Notes: generated by a model from the sequence alone, not told the origin. 64,000 nucleotides of DNA from Bryobacteraceae bacterium (GCA_049698695.1 JBAVYH010000216.1:6992-70991); one strand, 5' to 3'; numbered from the stretch's first letter, positions 1-10,110 are shown. Translations and numbers: made by a program.

Positions 1-1
1 T

Positions 2-1594
2 GCCGGCGACGGCGGCAAGGCTACCCAGGCTTCCCTCAACCTGCCCAATGGAATCGCCTTCGACAGTGCGGGCAACATGTATATCGCGGATACCGGAAAC
101 AACGTGGTCCGCGAGGTGAACACCAGCGGCATCATTTCGACGGTTGCCGGGAATAATGCCTCTGCCTTCAGTGGGGACGGCGGACCCGCCATCGCCGCCA
201 GCTTGTCCGAGCCCACCAGCCTGGCCTTCGATGCCGCCGGCAATCTGTATATCGCCGACACCAACAACAATTGCATCCGCATCGTGACCTCGGACAAGAA
301 CATCAACACCTTTGCCGGGCAATGCAGCTACGCGCTTTTCGAGGGCGATGGCGGGCCGGCCACGAAGGCCAAGTTGAACAAGCCCTACTCAGTGGCGGTG
401 GATGCTTACGGCGACGTCTTCATCAGCGACACTGAAAACGAGCGCGTGCGCGAGGTGACGCCCGATGGCATCATCAACACCATTGCCGGCAACGGCACGC
501 CGGGATTTAAAGATGGCCCTGCGCTCCAGGCCGAATTCTACAGCCCCTCGGGTATGGCTCTCGATGCCTCCGGAAGCATTTATATCGCCGATAAGACGAA
601 CTCCCGCATTCGCAAGATACTGCCCAGCGGTACCGTGGTTACCGTCGCCGGCAACGGAAGTTTTGGCTATTCCGGCAATGGCGTGGCGGCCACCAACGCC
701 TGGCTGGATTTCCCGCAGGGCCTTGGGCTGGACCCCGCTTCCTCCGCTGTTTACATCGCCGACACGCAGAACGACGTGGTGCGGGAGCTGACGGTCTCGA
801 ATGCTTCCAGCCTGCCGTCCGTCAACACCGGTGGCGTGGCGAGCGCCTATGAGTTTGGTGCCCTGGCCTCGCCCGCGCCGGGTTCGTGGATCGAGATCTA
901 CGGCTCCAACCTGGCTACCGGCACGCAAGGCTGGACCACCGGCGATTTCAATGGCAACAGCGCGCCTACATCGCTCGGCGGCACGGATGGCACGCCTGGC
1001 ACGGCAGTAACCATCGGCGGCCAGCCTGCCTACGTCGATTACATCAGCTCCGGCCAGGTCAACGTGCAGGTGCCTTCGACAACACCAACGGGCACGCAGC
1101 CAATTGTGGTCACCTCGGGAACGAATGTCAGCCCCAACCCGCCGCGGACGATCACCATTAGCGCCACGGCGCCCGGCTTTTACGCCCCGTCGCAGCTTCT
1201 GATCGGCGGAAACCAATATGTGGGTGCGTTGTTTTCGAACTCCAACACCTGGGTTCTGCCGCCGGGCGCGGTTGCCGGCTTCACCAGCCAGCGCGCCAAG
1301 CCGGGAGACTATATTACTCTGTACGGCATTGGCTTTGGCCCGGTAATGACGAACCTGCCCGCCGGGCAGATCGCCCAGGGCACCAACAATACCTTGCCGG
1401 TCGGCTCCTTCCAGATTTCTTTTGGCGGCACGGCGGCAACGGTGAGCTATGCGGGTTTGGCGCCCGGCTACGTTGGCCTCTACCAGTTCAATGTGGTGGT
1501 GCCCAACGTTGCTGCCAATGATCTCACCCCAATTACCTTCACCCTGGGAGGCGTGGCCGGCACGCAAACGCTTTACACCGCTATCGGCAACTAG
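2..1594 (+). CDS. Secreted NHL-repeat beta-propeller protein with C-terminal Ig-like Acidobacteria-type module; 5' end lies outside the window
   Basis: The frame stays open back to position 2 (AGDGGKATQASLNLPNGIAFDSAGNMYIAD precedes the first Met). YIAD/FISD...N.RIRK/VREV blades recur and are typical of NHL repeats. The C-terminal ~230 aa (GSWIEIYGSNL...YAGLAPGYVGLYQFNVVVP) resemble the C-terminus of the GH5 protein at 53807-54500. Confidence 0.85.
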   Translation, partial: AGDGGKATQASLNLPNGIAFDSAGNMYIADTGNNVVREVNTSGIISTVAGNNASAFSGDGGPAIAASLSEPTSLAFDAAGNLYIADTNNNCIRIVTSDKNINTFAGQCSYALFEGDGGPATKAKLNKPYSVAVDAYGDVFISDTENERVREVTPDGIINTIAGNGTPGFKDGPALQAEFYSPSGMALDASGSIYIADKTNSRIRKILPSGTVVTVAGNGSFGYSGNGVAATNAWLDFPQGLGLDPASSAVYIADTQNDVVRELTVSNASSLPSVNTGGVASAYEFGALASPAPGSWIEIYGSNLATGTQGWTTGDFNGNSAPTSLGGTDGTPGTAVTIGGQPAYVDYISSGQVNVQVPSTTPTGTQPIVVTSGTNVSPNPPRTITISATAPGFYAPSQLLIGGNQYVGALFSNSNTWVLPPGAVAGFTSQRAKPGDYITLYGIGFGPVMTNLPAGQIAQGTNNTLPVGSFQISFGGTAATVSYAGLAPGYVGLYQFNVVVPNVAANDLTPITFTLGGVAGTQTLYTAIGN

Positions 1595-1614
1595 GGCTAA
1601 GCGGCGTTTGTCTC

Positions 1615-1699
1615 GTAGGGGCAGGGCATGCCCGGCATGCCTTGGCAATCTCGCCGACCTGGCCTGCAAAGGGCCGGCGTCAAAGGCTGCCGGGGCTAC
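1615..1699. repeat. Dispersed GC-rich palindromic intergenic repeat, copy A
   Basis: GTAGGGGCAGGGCATGCCC...GGCAATCTCGCCGACCTGGCCTGCAAAGGGCCGGCGTCAAAGGCTGCCGGGGCTAC aligns by eye with 22791-22876. It lies between convergent genes and contains the GGGCATGCCC palindrome. Confidence 0.7.
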
Positions 1700-1709
1700 T
1701 GCCGTCGAC

Positions 1710-2192
1710 TTACTCGCACACCGCCGGCGTGAGCAGCCACTTCAACACGCCTTTGGGTTCGCGCGCCAGGCGGTCACAATCGATGCGCACCATGGCGGCT
1801 TTTTTCATATCCACCTGGAGCGACGGGCTGGTCAGCAGAAGCGCCACCATGGTGCTCATCAGCGGCTCGTGGCCGGCCAGCAGAATCGCCGGTTCCTCGC
1901 CGCGGCGCCGGATCTCTTCCCATAGATCGTAAGGCGAGGCCTCCGGCAGCAGCGCGCGCCACTCCACTACCTTGCCTTTGTACTCGAGCACTTCCGCCGC
2001 GACTGCCGCAGTCTCGAGCGCGCGCCGCAACGGGCTGGAGACAATCGACGCCGGCCGCACTCCCGCCGCGGCGGCCCGCCGCAGCACGCGGCGCAGCTTT
2101 TCCTTGCCTTCCGCCGTCAGCGCGCGCCCGGCGTCCGGTTGCCCCGGACCGGCGTCTTCGGCGATGCCGTGACGTAACAGATAAATCTGCAT
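1710..2192 (-). CDS. sixA: Phosphohistidine phosphatase SixA (histidine phosphatase superfamily)
   Basis: N-terminal MQIYLLRHGIAED carries the RHG catalytic motif. Size is ~160 aa, with a later GHEP motif (LLAGHEPLM). Confidence 0.8.
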   Translation of the reverse strand: MQIYLLRHGIAEDAGPGQPDAGRALTAEGKEKLRRVLRRAAAAGVRPASIVSSPLRRALETAAVAAEVLEYKGKVVEWRALLPEASPYDLWEEIRRRGEEPAILLAGHEPLMSTMVALLLTSPSLQVDMKKAAMVRIDCDRLAREPKGVLKWLLTPAVCE

Positions 2193-2204
2193 CTCACCCA
2201 GCGC

Positions 2205-3110
2205 TTATTTTACAGGCTGGCTTGTCGCCAGGCCCCGCACCAGCATTTTGGCCAGATCCGCGATCAGCAGCGAGCCGGGGTTGTCCGGCCCCCAATCGGG
2301 CTGGGCGATGCCATCCACCGTGATCGCCATGGCGATACGCCCGGTCTTCGAGTAAACGATGCCGACATCGGACCGCAGGGCATCGAGCGCACCGGTCTTG
2401 TTGGCCAGCGGCAACTCGCCGAACGGGCGACGGATGCCGGTTGTGTCCTGGCAGCGCTTCATCACCGCAATCATTTCGTACGATGCCGCCGGGCTCACCA
2501 ACTCGCCGCGCTCCATGCGCTCCACCAGCGTAGCCATGTCGCGCGGCGTGGAAACGCCCAGTCCGTACTTCTGATTCCTTTCCAGCTTGCCGGCCGCCGA
2601 AATGCCCTGCGGCCCGTTGTTGCCCAGAATCTTGCGCAATGAGCGCGTGGAGCTTAGGCCGATGCGGTCCAGATAGGCGTTGACGCGGTCGGCGGGAAAG
2701 CGCTCGAGGATCATGTTGGTGGCCGTGTTATCGCTCAGCACCATCATCAAGTGCATCACGTCGCGAAGCGGCAGTTGAACGGCGTCGGAAAGCTCGCTAT
2801 CGATCACGCCCGAACCGGCCACTTTTTCGGCCTCGGTGACGGTGAGCCGCTCGTTCCAGTCGAGTTCGCCGCGCGCCACGGCGTCGAACAGCGCCGCCAT
2901 GATGGCCACTTTGATGGTGCTGGCTGTGCGTACCGGTTCGGTTTCGCGGATGCCGATTGCCTCCCCGTTATCCAGGTTTTTGGCGTAAAGGCTGACCTCG
3001 CCCGGAAACTGGGCGATGCGTTTGCGCAACTGGTCGCCGAGCGGCTGCGCCGCGGCTGTGCCCGCCAGCAACCAAAAAGCCGCCATTGCAAGAGCGCGCT
3101 TCACGTCCAT
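2205..3110 (-). CDS. Class A beta-lactamase-like serine hydrolase, secreted
   Basis: SxxK (STIK), SDN (LSDNTA) and KTG (NKTGAL) motifs occur in the correct order. A signal-peptide-like MDVKRALAMAAFWLLAGTAAAQP is present at the chosen start. Alternative in-frame ATGs lie at 3119 and 3131. The 416-aa track ORF has an implausible N-terminal extension. Confidence 0.8.
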   Translation of the reverse strand: MDVKRALAMAAFWLLAGTAAAQPLGDQLRKRIAQFPGEVSLYAKNLDNGEAIGIRETEPVRTASTIKVAIMAALFDAVARGELDWNERLTVTEAEKVAGSGVIDSELSDAVQLPLRDVMHLMMVLSDNTATNMILERFPADRVNAYLDRIGLSSTRSLRKILGNNGPQGISAAGKLERNQKYGLGVSTPRDMATLVERMERGELVSPAASYEMIAVMKRCQDTTGIRRPFGELPLANKTGALDALRSDVGIVYSKTGRIAMAITVDGIAQPDWGPDNPGSLLIADLAKMLVRGLATSQPVK

Positions 3111-3324
3111 CTGCACCATGCGTTCGATCATAACGCAGGCGGAGACCCCGCTTATGAGGCGCGCGATTGAATAGGGGCGACCCAAGGCGGCTGCTCCTGC
3201 CAGCCGCCGCGCAAGTGGGACAGACCATCGCCTTTCGTGGTCTGTCAGGTTCGGCAAGCGCACGACGACAGACGACAAAAACCGATCGTCTATCCTACCG
3301 AGCGCCATGGCGCGATAATGAGTC

Positions 3325-4521
3325 ATGCAAAACATTCTCCCGGTAGCATGTTTTATTGCCGGGTTTCTGCTGGCGTGGCTGGTGCTGCGGGCACGCCGCC
3401 AGGATACTGCAACCGTTTTCCAGGCGCTTTCCGCCGAGGCGCTGGCGCGGAACAATCAGGCGTTCCTCGAACTGGCCCGCGCCAATCTGGCGGAGGCGCA
3501 GACCGCGGCGCGCGGCGATCTGGAAAAGCGCCAGCAGGCGTTCGCGGAGCTGGTGTCGCCGGTGCGCGCGTCGCTCGACAAGGTGGATTCGCGCATTCAG
3601 GAACTGGAAACGGCGCGCGCGGCCGCCTACGCCGGATTGCAGGAGCAGGTGCGCGGCCTGGCCGAAACCGAGCAGCAGCTTCGCGCCGAAACCGGCAAGC
3701 TGGTGACGGCGCTGCGTTCGCCCGCTGCCCGCGGCAATTGGGGCGAGATCCAGTTGCGCCGCGTGGTCGAGATGGCGGGCATGCTGGATCATTGCGATTT
3801 CGAGACGCAGGCCACCGTGATGGGCGAAGAGGGCCGGCTGCGGCCCGACCTGCTGATTCATTTGCCGGCCGGAAAAACCGTGGTGGTGGATGCCAAGACT
3901 CCGCTCGATGGCTATCTCCGCGCCATCGAAGCGGCGGACGAAGCCACACGAAAAGCGAGCCTGGCGGATCATGCCCGGCAGGTGCGCGCGCATCTCACCG
4001 CGCTCGGCCGCAAGTCCTATTGGGAGCAGTTCGACCAGGCGCCGGAATTCGCCGTGCTGTTCCTGCCCGGCGAGTGCTTCTTCAGCGCGGCGCTGGAAGC
4101 CGACCCCTCGCTGATCGAATTCGGCGTCGGCCAGAACATCATCCTGGCCACGCCCACCACGCTGATCGCGCTCCTGCGCGCCGTCGCCTACGGCTGGCGG
4201 CAGGAGAAGCTGGCGGAAAACGCCGCCGAAATCAGCGCGCTGGGCAAGGAACTGTACAAGCGGCTTTCCGACATGGGCGCGCACCTGGGGAGCATGGGCA
4301 AGGGTCTGGAACGCGCGGTCGAGGAGTACAACAAGGCCGTCGGCTCGCTCGAAAGCCGGGTGATGGTGAGCGCGCGCAAATTTGCCGAGTTGAAGACCGC
4401 GCCGCTGGGAGTGGAAATCGCCGAGCTGCAACCAGTGGAAAAGCGGGTGCGGAGCCTCGAAGAAGCGGAGCCCGAGCCCGAGCGCCTTCCGCCGTCCCCG
4501 CCGCCGGCTCGTTTAGAATAG
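3325..4521 (+). CDS. rmuC: DNA recombination protein RmuC
   Basis: N-terminal TM helix, then a long coiled-coil, then the conserved C-terminal block ([27 protein letters not shown]) typical of RmuC. Confidence 0.85.
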   Translation: MQNILPVACFIAGFLLAWLVLRARRQDTATVFQALSAEALARNNQAFLELARANLAEAQTAARGDLEKRQQAFAELVSPVRASLDKVDSRIQELETARAAAYAGLQEQVRGLAETEQQLRAETGKLVTALRSPAARGNWGEIQLRRVVEMAGMLDHCDFETQATVMGEEGRLRPDLLIHLPAGKTVVVDAKTPLDGYLRAIEAADEATRKASLADHARQVRAHLTALGRKSYWEQFDQAPEFAVLFLPGECFFSAALEADPSLIEFGVGQNIILATPTTLIALLRAVAYGWRQEKLAENAAEISALGKELYKRLSDMGAHLGSMGKGLERAVEEYNKAVGSLESRVMVSARKFAELKTAPLGVEIAELQPVEKRVRSLEEAEPEPERLPPSPPPARLE

Positions 4522-4528
4522 TAGAAGA

Positions 4529-5854
4529 GTGCCCGCCAAGACCTTCTACCTGGAAACCTTCGGCTGCCAGATGAACGCGCACGACTCCGAAAAGGTAGTC
4601 GGCACGCTGATGGCGAAGGGCTACGCGCAAGTGGCCACACCGGAAGAAGCCGGGCTGGTCCTCTACAACACCTGCAGCATCCGCGATAAAGCCGAGCAAA
4701 AAGTGTACCACCGCTTGCAACAGTTCAAGCGCAACGGGAAGGACAAGGTGATTGGACTGCTCGGCTGCGTGGCGCAGCAGGAGGGCGAGCGGATTTTCGA
4801 ACGCGCCCCGCACGTCGGTCTGGTGTGCGGCTCGGCCAGCTACAACAAGCTCGGCGAGCTGCTGGTGCAGATTGAAGCCGGCGACAGGCGGGTCACCGGA
4901 TTGAGTCTCGATACCGATGAGGCCTTCGACACGCCTTTCACCCGGCGCGACAACCCGCACCGCGCTTACATCGCCATCATCGAAGGCTGCGACAAGAGCT
5001 GTGCTTATTGCGTGGTGCCGTTCACGCGCGGGCCGGAGCGCAGCCGCACCAGCGATAGCGTGATGGCCGAAGCGCGCCGCCTGGCTGCGGAAGGATACAG
5101 CGAGATCCAGCTCCTGGGGCAAAACGTCAACAGCTATCGCGACCCAACGCCGGCCGGCTGGAATTTCGCGGCGCTGCTCGCGCGTGTCGCGGAGATTCCG
5201 GGAATCCGGCGCGTGCGTTACACCACATCCCATCCGCGCGATTTTGGCAAAGACATCGTGGACGCTATGGACGCGAATCCCGTGCTTTGCGACCACGTCC
5301 ACCTGCCGGTGCAGTCTGGTTCGTCGAACGTGCTCGCCAAAATGGACCGGCTGTACACACGCGACGAATACATGCAGCGTATCGGCTGGCTGAAGACCGC
5401 GCAGCGTCCTTATTCCATCACCACCGACATCATCGTTGGCTTTCCCGGCGAGACGGAGAAGGACTTCGAGGCCACGTTGACCCTGCTCGACGAAGTCGAA
5501 TACGATTCGCTGTTCAGCTTCAAGTATTCGCCGCGCCCGAACACGGCCGCCCTCCGCTTCGAGGACCACATCCCTGAGGAAGAGAAGCAGCGGCGCCTCG
5601 AGATCGTGCAGGAGAAGCAGCGCGCCATCCAGATCCGCCGCAACGCGGGGCTCATCGGCAGCCTGAAGGAGGTGCTGGTGGAGGGCCGCAACCAGGCCCT
5701 GGCGCAGTGGATCGGGCGCACTTCGGACAACCGCACGCTGAACTTCACCCATCCCGAAAACGGCGCCGCTTCCCTGGTCGGCCAGTATCTGCCTGTGCGC
5801 GTCACGCGCGCCGGCCCCAACTCCTTGGTGGGCGAGAGCGCAACTGTGGTGTAA
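4529..5854 (+). CDS. miaB: tRNA-2-methylthio-N6-dimethylallyladenosine synthase MiaB (radical SAM methylthiotransferase)
   Basis: FYLETFGCQMNAHDSE N-terminus, radical SAM CDKSCAYCVVP cluster motif and a C-terminal TRAM-like region. GTG start at 4529. Confidence 0.9.
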   Translation: MPAKTFYLETFGCQMNAHDSEKVVGTLMAKGYAQVATPEEAGLVLYNTCSIRDKAEQKVYHRLQQFKRNGKDKVIGLLGCVAQQEGERIFERAPHVGLVCGSASYNKLGELLVQIEAGDRRVTGLSLDTDEAFDTPFTRRDNPHRAYIAIIEGCDKSCAYCVVPFTRGPERSRTSDSVMAEARRLAAEGYSEIQLLGQNVNSYRDPTPAGWNFAALLARVAEIPGIRRVRYTTSHPRDFGKDIVDAMDANPVLCDHVHLPVQSGSSNVLAKMDRLYTRDEYMQRIGWLKTAQRPYSITTDIIVGFPGETEKDFEATLTLLDEVEYDSLFSFKYSPRPNTAALRFEDHIPEEEKQRRLEIVQEKQRAIQIRRNAGLIGSLKEVLVEGRNQALAQWIGRTSDNRTLNFTHPENGAASLVGQYLPVRVTRAGPNSLVGESATVV

Positions 5855-5875
5855 TTGAGTTGGGAGGAGGGCGGC

Positions 5876-6361
5876 ATGGAAGTGGAAATGAAAATTCGCG
5901 GCCTGATGATGGACCCGGTCACCAATATGCCCATCGTCATCCTCAGGGACGTGAGCGGCAATTCTGTGCTCCCGATCTGGGTGGGTGTTTACGAAGCGAA
6001 CGCCATCGCGCTCGAAATCGAGAAGGTCTCCACTCCGCGGCCCATGACCCACGATCTCATCAAGAGCCTGCTGCTCGGCCTCAACACCGCGCTGCGCAAG
6101 GTGGTGGTGAGCGAACTGAAAGACGACACGTTCTACGCCGTCATTTGGCTGGATCGCGACGGGGAAACCATCAGCGTGGATTCGCGGCCGAGCGATGCCC
6201 TGGCCCTGGCGCTGCGCCTCGATTGCCCGATTTACGTGGAAGAGACCGTGCTCAAGTCCTCCAGCAAGGCCACCAACGCCGCCGACAAAGTCAACAACGA
6301 AGAGTTGCGGCGGTGGCTCGAAGGCCTCAATGATGAGGACCTCGGCCGCTATAAGATGTGA
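5876..6361 (+). CDS. Bifunctional nuclease (BFN/DUF151) family protein
   Basis: MKIRGLMMDPVTNMPIVILRD...RPMTHDL...RPSDALALALR is the typical BFN pattern. ATG 5876 is preceded by GGGAGGAGGG. The track start at 5855 is a TTG with no RBS. Confidence 0.75.
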   Translation: MEVEMKIRGLMMDPVTNMPIVILRDVSGNSVLPIWVGVYEANAIALEIEKVSTPRPMTHDLIKSLLLGLNTALRKVVVSELKDDTFYAVIWLDRDGETISVDSRPSDALALALRLDCPIYVEETVLKSSSKATNAADKVNNEELRRWLEGLNDEDLGRYKM

Positions 6362-6663
6362 CGCCCGAAACCGCCGCGCGCCTGGCCGGCTGCGGAATCC
6401 AGTTGGCCGCCGAATCTCCGGAGTACAGCATGTTCACCCGCGATTCCTGCGTGGCGCTAGCGAATCCGGGCGCGGCGGTGGGAATCGGCAGCACAGGTAT
6501 GATGACGGAACGCGGCCTGGCGTTCCTGGTGTGGCGCGAAGGCCTGCCGTATCTCGCCGCCAAGGGCCGCGAAACGCCCGCCAGCTCAGCGCAGGTGGAC
6601 GAGATACGGAAGTTTTCTTTGGATTTGAAACGCGCGCTGGGCGTGGATTCGGGCGAGGCGTAG
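6358..6663 (+). CDS. Hypothetical protein, translationally coupled to the BFN gene
   Basis: GTG start overlaps the upstream TGA stop (GTGA). Codon usage resembles neighbouring genes. No recognisable domain. Confidence 0.5.
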   Translation: MTPETAARLAGCGIQLAAESPEYSMFTRDSCVALANPGAAVGIGSTGMMTERGLAFLVWREGLPYLAAKGRETPASSAQVDEIRKFSLDLKRALGVDSGEA

Positions 6664-6715
6664 CACGCCGCGCCACGCGTCCCTCTGCGCGAAACTGGCT
6701 GCCTCACAAGAACGC

Positions 6716-7927
6716 ATGACGCTCGACGAACAACTTTCTTACCTGCGGAAAGGCATGGCGGAGATCATTCGCGAAGAAGATCTCCGCGAGCGGCTGGTCG
6801 CAGCCGCCGCCTCCGGCCGCAAACTGCGCATCAAGGCCGGCTTCGATCCGACCGCGCCAGACCTGCACCTGGGCCACACCGTGCTGCTGCGCAAGATGAA
6901 ACACTTTCAAGACCTCGGCCACACGGTGATTTTTCTGATCGGCGATATGACCGGCCTGATCGGCGATCCCACCGGGCGCAATGCAACGCGCCCGCCGATG
7001 ACGCGCGAGGCGATTCAAGAAAACGCCGAAACTTACAAGACGCAGGTGTTCAAGATTCTCGACCCCGAAAAGACCGAGGTCCGCTTCAACAGCGAGTGGC
7101 TGGAGCCGATGAAGTACGTCGACATCGTGCGCCTGGCGTCGCACTACACGGTGGCGCGCATGCTGGAGCGCGACTATTTCTCCAAGCGCCTGCGCGACGG
7201 CATCCCGATTTCGATGCACGAGATGCTCTACCCGCTGGCGCAGGGCTACGATTCGGTGGCCCTCCAGTGCGACGTGGAAATGGGCGGCACGGACCAGAGA
7301 TTCAACCTGCTGGTGGGGCGTGAACTGCAAAGCGATTTCGGACAGCCACCGCAGATCGTCTGCACCACGCCGCTGCTCGAAGGCACCGACGGCATCAACA
7401 AAATGTCGAAATCGCTCGGCAATTACATCGGCATCGCCGAGCCGCCCGACGTGATGTTCCGCAAGGTGATGCAGATCTCTGATGAGCTGATGTGGCGCTA
7501 TTACCTGCTGCTCACCGACAAGAGCGAAAGCGAAATCGCCGCCTTGCGCGCGCGTGTGGCGGATGGCTCGCTGCACCCGATGGAGGTCAAGATCGCGCTG
7601 GGCAAAATGATCGTCGGCGATTATCACCCGGCCGCGGAGGCGGAACGGGCGGCCGGGGTCTTCGACAGCGTGGTGCGCCACAAGCAGGTGCCGGACAAAA
7701 TCGAGACCGTCGCGCTTCCGCAGGAAGTGGTGAAGGACGGCGCCATTCGCGTCGACAAACTGCTGGCGCGCATCGGCCTGGCCGAATCGGTTAGCGACGC
7801 CGTGCGCAAGATCAAAGCCGGCGCGGTGGAGATTAATGGCGCGAAATGGACGGCGCTTTCTTGGACGGACAACTCGCCGGAGTTGCTCATTCAAGTGGGC
7901 AAGAACTGGCGAAAGGCCATCCGGTAA
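6716..7927 (+). CDS. tyrS: Tyrosine--tRNA ligase
   Basis: Class I HIGH-type motif (DLHLGH), KMSKS motif and a C-terminal S4-like domain ([14 protein letters not shown]). Confidence 0.9.
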   Translation: MTLDEQLSYLRKGMAEIIREEDLRERLVAAAASGRKLRIKAGFDPTAPDLHLGHTVLLRKMKHFQDLGHTVIFLIGDMTGLIGDPTGRNATRPPMTREAIQENAETYKTQVFKILDPEKTEVRFNSEWLEPMKYVDIVRLASHYTVARMLERDYFSKRLRDGIPISMHEMLYPLAQGYDSVALQCDVEMGGTDQRFNLLVGRELQSDFGQPPQIVCTTPLLEGTDGINKMSKSLGNYIGIAEPPDVMFRKVMQISDELMWRYYLLLTDKSESEIAALRARVADGSLHPMEVKIALGKMIVGDYHPAAEAERAAGVFDSVVRHKQVPDKIETVALPQEVVKDGAIRVDKLLARIGLAESVSDAVRKIKAGAVEINGAKWTALSWTDNSPELLIQVGKNWRKAIR

Positions 7928-7933
7928 GCCGCC

Positions 7934-8779
7934 GTGCGCAAGCTCTATTATTGGAAACTCAAGCGGCGCGAAATCCAGCTCGGAGACCGCACGCTGCTGA
8001 TGGCAGTGCTCAACGTCACGCCGGATTCGTTTTCCGACGGCGGCAAGTACGCCGATCCGGACCGAGCGTTCGCCCGTGCTCTGGAGCTCGAGGAACAAGG
8101 CGCGGACATGCTGGACATTGGGGCGGAATCCACGCGGCCTGGATCGGCGCGCGTCTCCGCTGCCGAAGAGATGCGGCGCCTGATTCCGGTTCTGAAGCGG
8201 CTGAAGGACCGGCTCACCATTCCCATTTCGGTGGATACGTACAAGGCCGAGATCGCCGAGCGCGCGCTCGAATTGGGGGTCGACGTCATCAACGATCCTT
8301 CCGGCCTCACCATCGAACCGCAACTGGCGCGGGTGGTCTCCAATCACGATGCCGGCCTGGTGCTGAACCACATGCGCGGGCGGCCGGAGAACTGGGCCAA
8401 GCTGGGGCCGATGCCCGATCCGGTAGCGGGCATCGCGCGCGACCTCGGCGCCGCCGTCAGCCGCGCCCGCCGCGTTGGCATCGCCGCTTCCAAGCTGGCC
8501 ATCGATCCCGGCCTCGGATTCGGCAAGCGCAAGGAACAGAACACGCTCATTTTGGGCCACCTCTCCGCGCTGGCGGCGATCGATCTGCCCCTCATGGCCG
8601 GTCCTTCGCGCAAGAGCTTCCTCGCTCACCAGGATGCGGAGCAGACTAAGTTCGCCACTGCCGCCGCGGTGGCTGCCTGTGTGCTCGGTGGCGTCCACAT
8701 GGTGCGCGTGCACGATGTGCGCGAGATGCGCGCCGTAACCGACCTGGCCGACGATATTCTTCGCGCGCAGGCGGAATGA
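7934..8779 (+). CDS. folP: Dihydropteroate synthase
   Basis: LMAVLNVTPDSFSDGG, DIGAESTRPG, SVDTYK and INDPSG motifs. GTG start. Confidence 0.9.
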   Translation: MRKLYYWKLKRREIQLGDRTLLMAVLNVTPDSFSDGGKYADPDRAFARALELEEQGADMLDIGAESTRPGSARVSAAEEMRRLIPVLKRLKDRLTIPISVDTYKAEIAERALELGVDVINDPSGLTIEPQLARVVSNHDAGLVLNHMRGRPENWAKLGPMPDPVAGIARDLGAAVSRARRVGIAASKLAIDPGLGFGKRKEQNTLILGHLSALAAIDLPLMAGPSRKSFLAHQDAEQTKFATAAAVAACVLGGVHMVRVHDVREMRAVTDLADDILRAQAE

Positions 8780-8875
8780 CCGCCCGCTGCAACCTCGCTC
8801 CTGGCTCTTCCTCTTGGCGGCCCTGAGCCGTGCGTCTCCTGTATAATAGTCGCGTTGGGCGCCAGCCCATTTCGG

Positions 8876-9346
8876 ATGCCGGACATCAAGAAGAAGCTGC
8901 AGGAGGAAATCGCCACGCTCGAACGCGAGCTGCACGTCGAGCTGCCGAAGGAGATCCTCACCGCGCGCGCCCACGGCGATCTGAGCGAGAACGCCGAGTA
9001 CCATGCCGCCAAGGAGCGCCAGGGGATGGTCAACGCGCGCCTCAATCAGCTCAAGAAGCGGCTGGCCGAGATGTCGATGATCGACTTCTCGAAGATTCCG
9101 CACGACCGCGTCGGCCTAGGCTCTACCGTGGTGGTGCTCGATAGCAAGCGCGACGAAGAGGTAACGTATAGTTTGGTGACCGTTGAGGAGGCCGATGCGG
9201 CCAACGGCAAGATTTCGACCACTTCGCCGATCGGCCGCGCATTGCTCGGCAAGGAAGTGGGTGACGTGGCCCGCGTGCAGAGTCCCAACGGCACCAAGGA
9301 TCTGGAGATCCTGAAGCTGACCACCATTCACGACGTAGTGGAATGA
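8876..9346 (+). CDS. greA: Transcription elongation factor GreA
   Basis: Coiled-coil N-domain with SENAEYHAAKE and a C-terminal ISTTSPIGRALLGKEVGD motif. ATG 8876 is preferred over the track start at 8855. Confidence 0.9.
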   Translation: MPDIKKKLQEEIATLERELHVELPKEILTARAHGDLSENAEYHAAKERQGMVNARLNQLKKRLAEMSMIDFSKIPHDRVGLGSTVVVLDSKRDEEVTYSLVTVEEADAANGKISTTSPIGRALLGKEVGDVARVQSPNGTKDLEILKLTTIHDVVE

Positions 9347-9347
9347 T

Positions 9348-10070
9348 ATGACCTTCACCGGCGGAATCGGAAGGTTCTGCGGCGCCATCATCGACCGTAT
9401 TGTGCGCTGGCTGGCGCTTTCGCGTATTCACCCCAACGTGCTCACGTTCATCGGGCTGGTAATCAACATCTGGGCGGCGTGGCTGCTGGCTCGGGGCAGC
9501 TTCCGCTGGGCCGGCCTGGTGGTAATCGGCGCTGGCTTGTTCGACATGGTGGATGGCCGCGTCGCCCGCGCCACCAGCCAGGTCACGCGCTTCGGCGGGT
9601 TCTTCGATTCGGTGATCGACCGCTACTCCGATCTCGCGCTGTACATGGGCCTGCTGGTTTATTACGCTTCCATCAACCGCTTTTTCTACATCGTGCTGAC
9701 CGCCGTGGTGATGACCGGCTCGGTGATGGTGAGTTACACGCGGGCCCGCGCCGAAAACGCCATTCCCAAGTGCAAAGTCGGCTTTCTGGAGCGGCCCGAG
9801 CGCGTGGTGTTGATCATCATCGGCGCCCTGTTCAATCGCATGGCCGCCGTGCTGTGGGTGATCGCCGTGCTTTCCAATCTCACCGTGGTGCACCGCATGA
9901 TCTACACCTGGCAGGAGGCCACGCGCCTGGAGGACGCGCAACTGCGCGCGGTGCCGCAAAACGAATCGCCCGCGGTTTCGTCGGAGCCTGATGGCGCAGA
10001 CCACCAGCCTTCGAGCGAAAAAAACATCGAGACAGAGACCGCCGGCGCTACCAAGAAACGCGTCCCGTAG
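9348..10070 (+). CDS. CDP-alcohol phosphatidyltransferase family protein
   Basis: DMVDGRVAR...G..FDSVIDRYSD matches the D-G-x2-A-R...D-x3-D signature. Multiple TM helices. The last ~11 codons and the stop lie inside repeat copy C. Confidence 0.8.
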   Translation: MTFTGGIGRFCGAIIDRIVRWLALSRIHPNVLTFIGLVINIWAAWLLARGSFRWAGLVVIGAGLFDMVDGRVARATSQVTRFGGFFDSVIDRYSDLALYMGLLVYYASINRFFYIVLTAVVMTGSVMVSYTRARAENAIPKCKVGFLERPERVVLIIIGALFNRMAAVLWVIAVLSNLTVVHRMIYTWQEATRLEDAQLRAVPQNESPAVSSEPDGADHQPSSEKNIETETAGATKKRVP

Positions 10071-10110
10071 TCGCAGTGGCGGCAGTCTTTGCCGCCGGTT
10101 CTTTGCGAAC
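10036..10110. repeat. Dispersed palindromic repeat, copy C (partial, overlaps a CDS 3' end)
   Basis: AGACCGCCGGCGCTACCAAGAAACGCGTCCCGTAGTCGCAGTGGCGGCAGTCTTTGCCGCCGGTTCTTTGCG aligns by eye with 22862-22933 of copy B. Confidence 0.65.

Noticed and set aside
389-1669. 426-aa minus-strand ORF antisense to the NHL-repeat gene. It stands for a class of long antisense or off-frame ORFs: 4232-6052, 6704-9103, 9123-10112, 15726-17294, 18639-20039, 35310-36689, 46658-48097, 49201-50211, 51412-52530, 52346-53596, 56665-58158, 57329-58570, 60235-62286 and 63265-63996.
   Set aside because: Each overlaps a gene with clear family motifs on the other strand or in another frame. Their translations are Arg/Gly/Ala/Pro/His-rich low-complexity sequence, typical of stop-poor alternative frames in GC-rich DNA. 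No domains were recognisable.
3219-3246. Perfect 9-bp hairpin GACAGACCA-N10-TGGTCTGTC in the divergent region between the beta-lactamase-like gene and rmuC
   Set aside because: It is real as a sequence feature, but I cannot assign it to either transcript or to a known operator. There is no U-tract and the evidence is too weak to call.
3237-4574. 445-aa plus-strand ORF overlapping rmuC in another frame
   Set aside because: Arg/Gly-rich composition with no motifs. The rmuC frame carries the conserved RmuC blocks.
8842-8847. Perfect TATAAT 29 nt upstream of the greA ATG
   Set aside because: No acceptable -35 element lies at 16-19 nt spacing. A single hexamer is insufficient to call a promoter.
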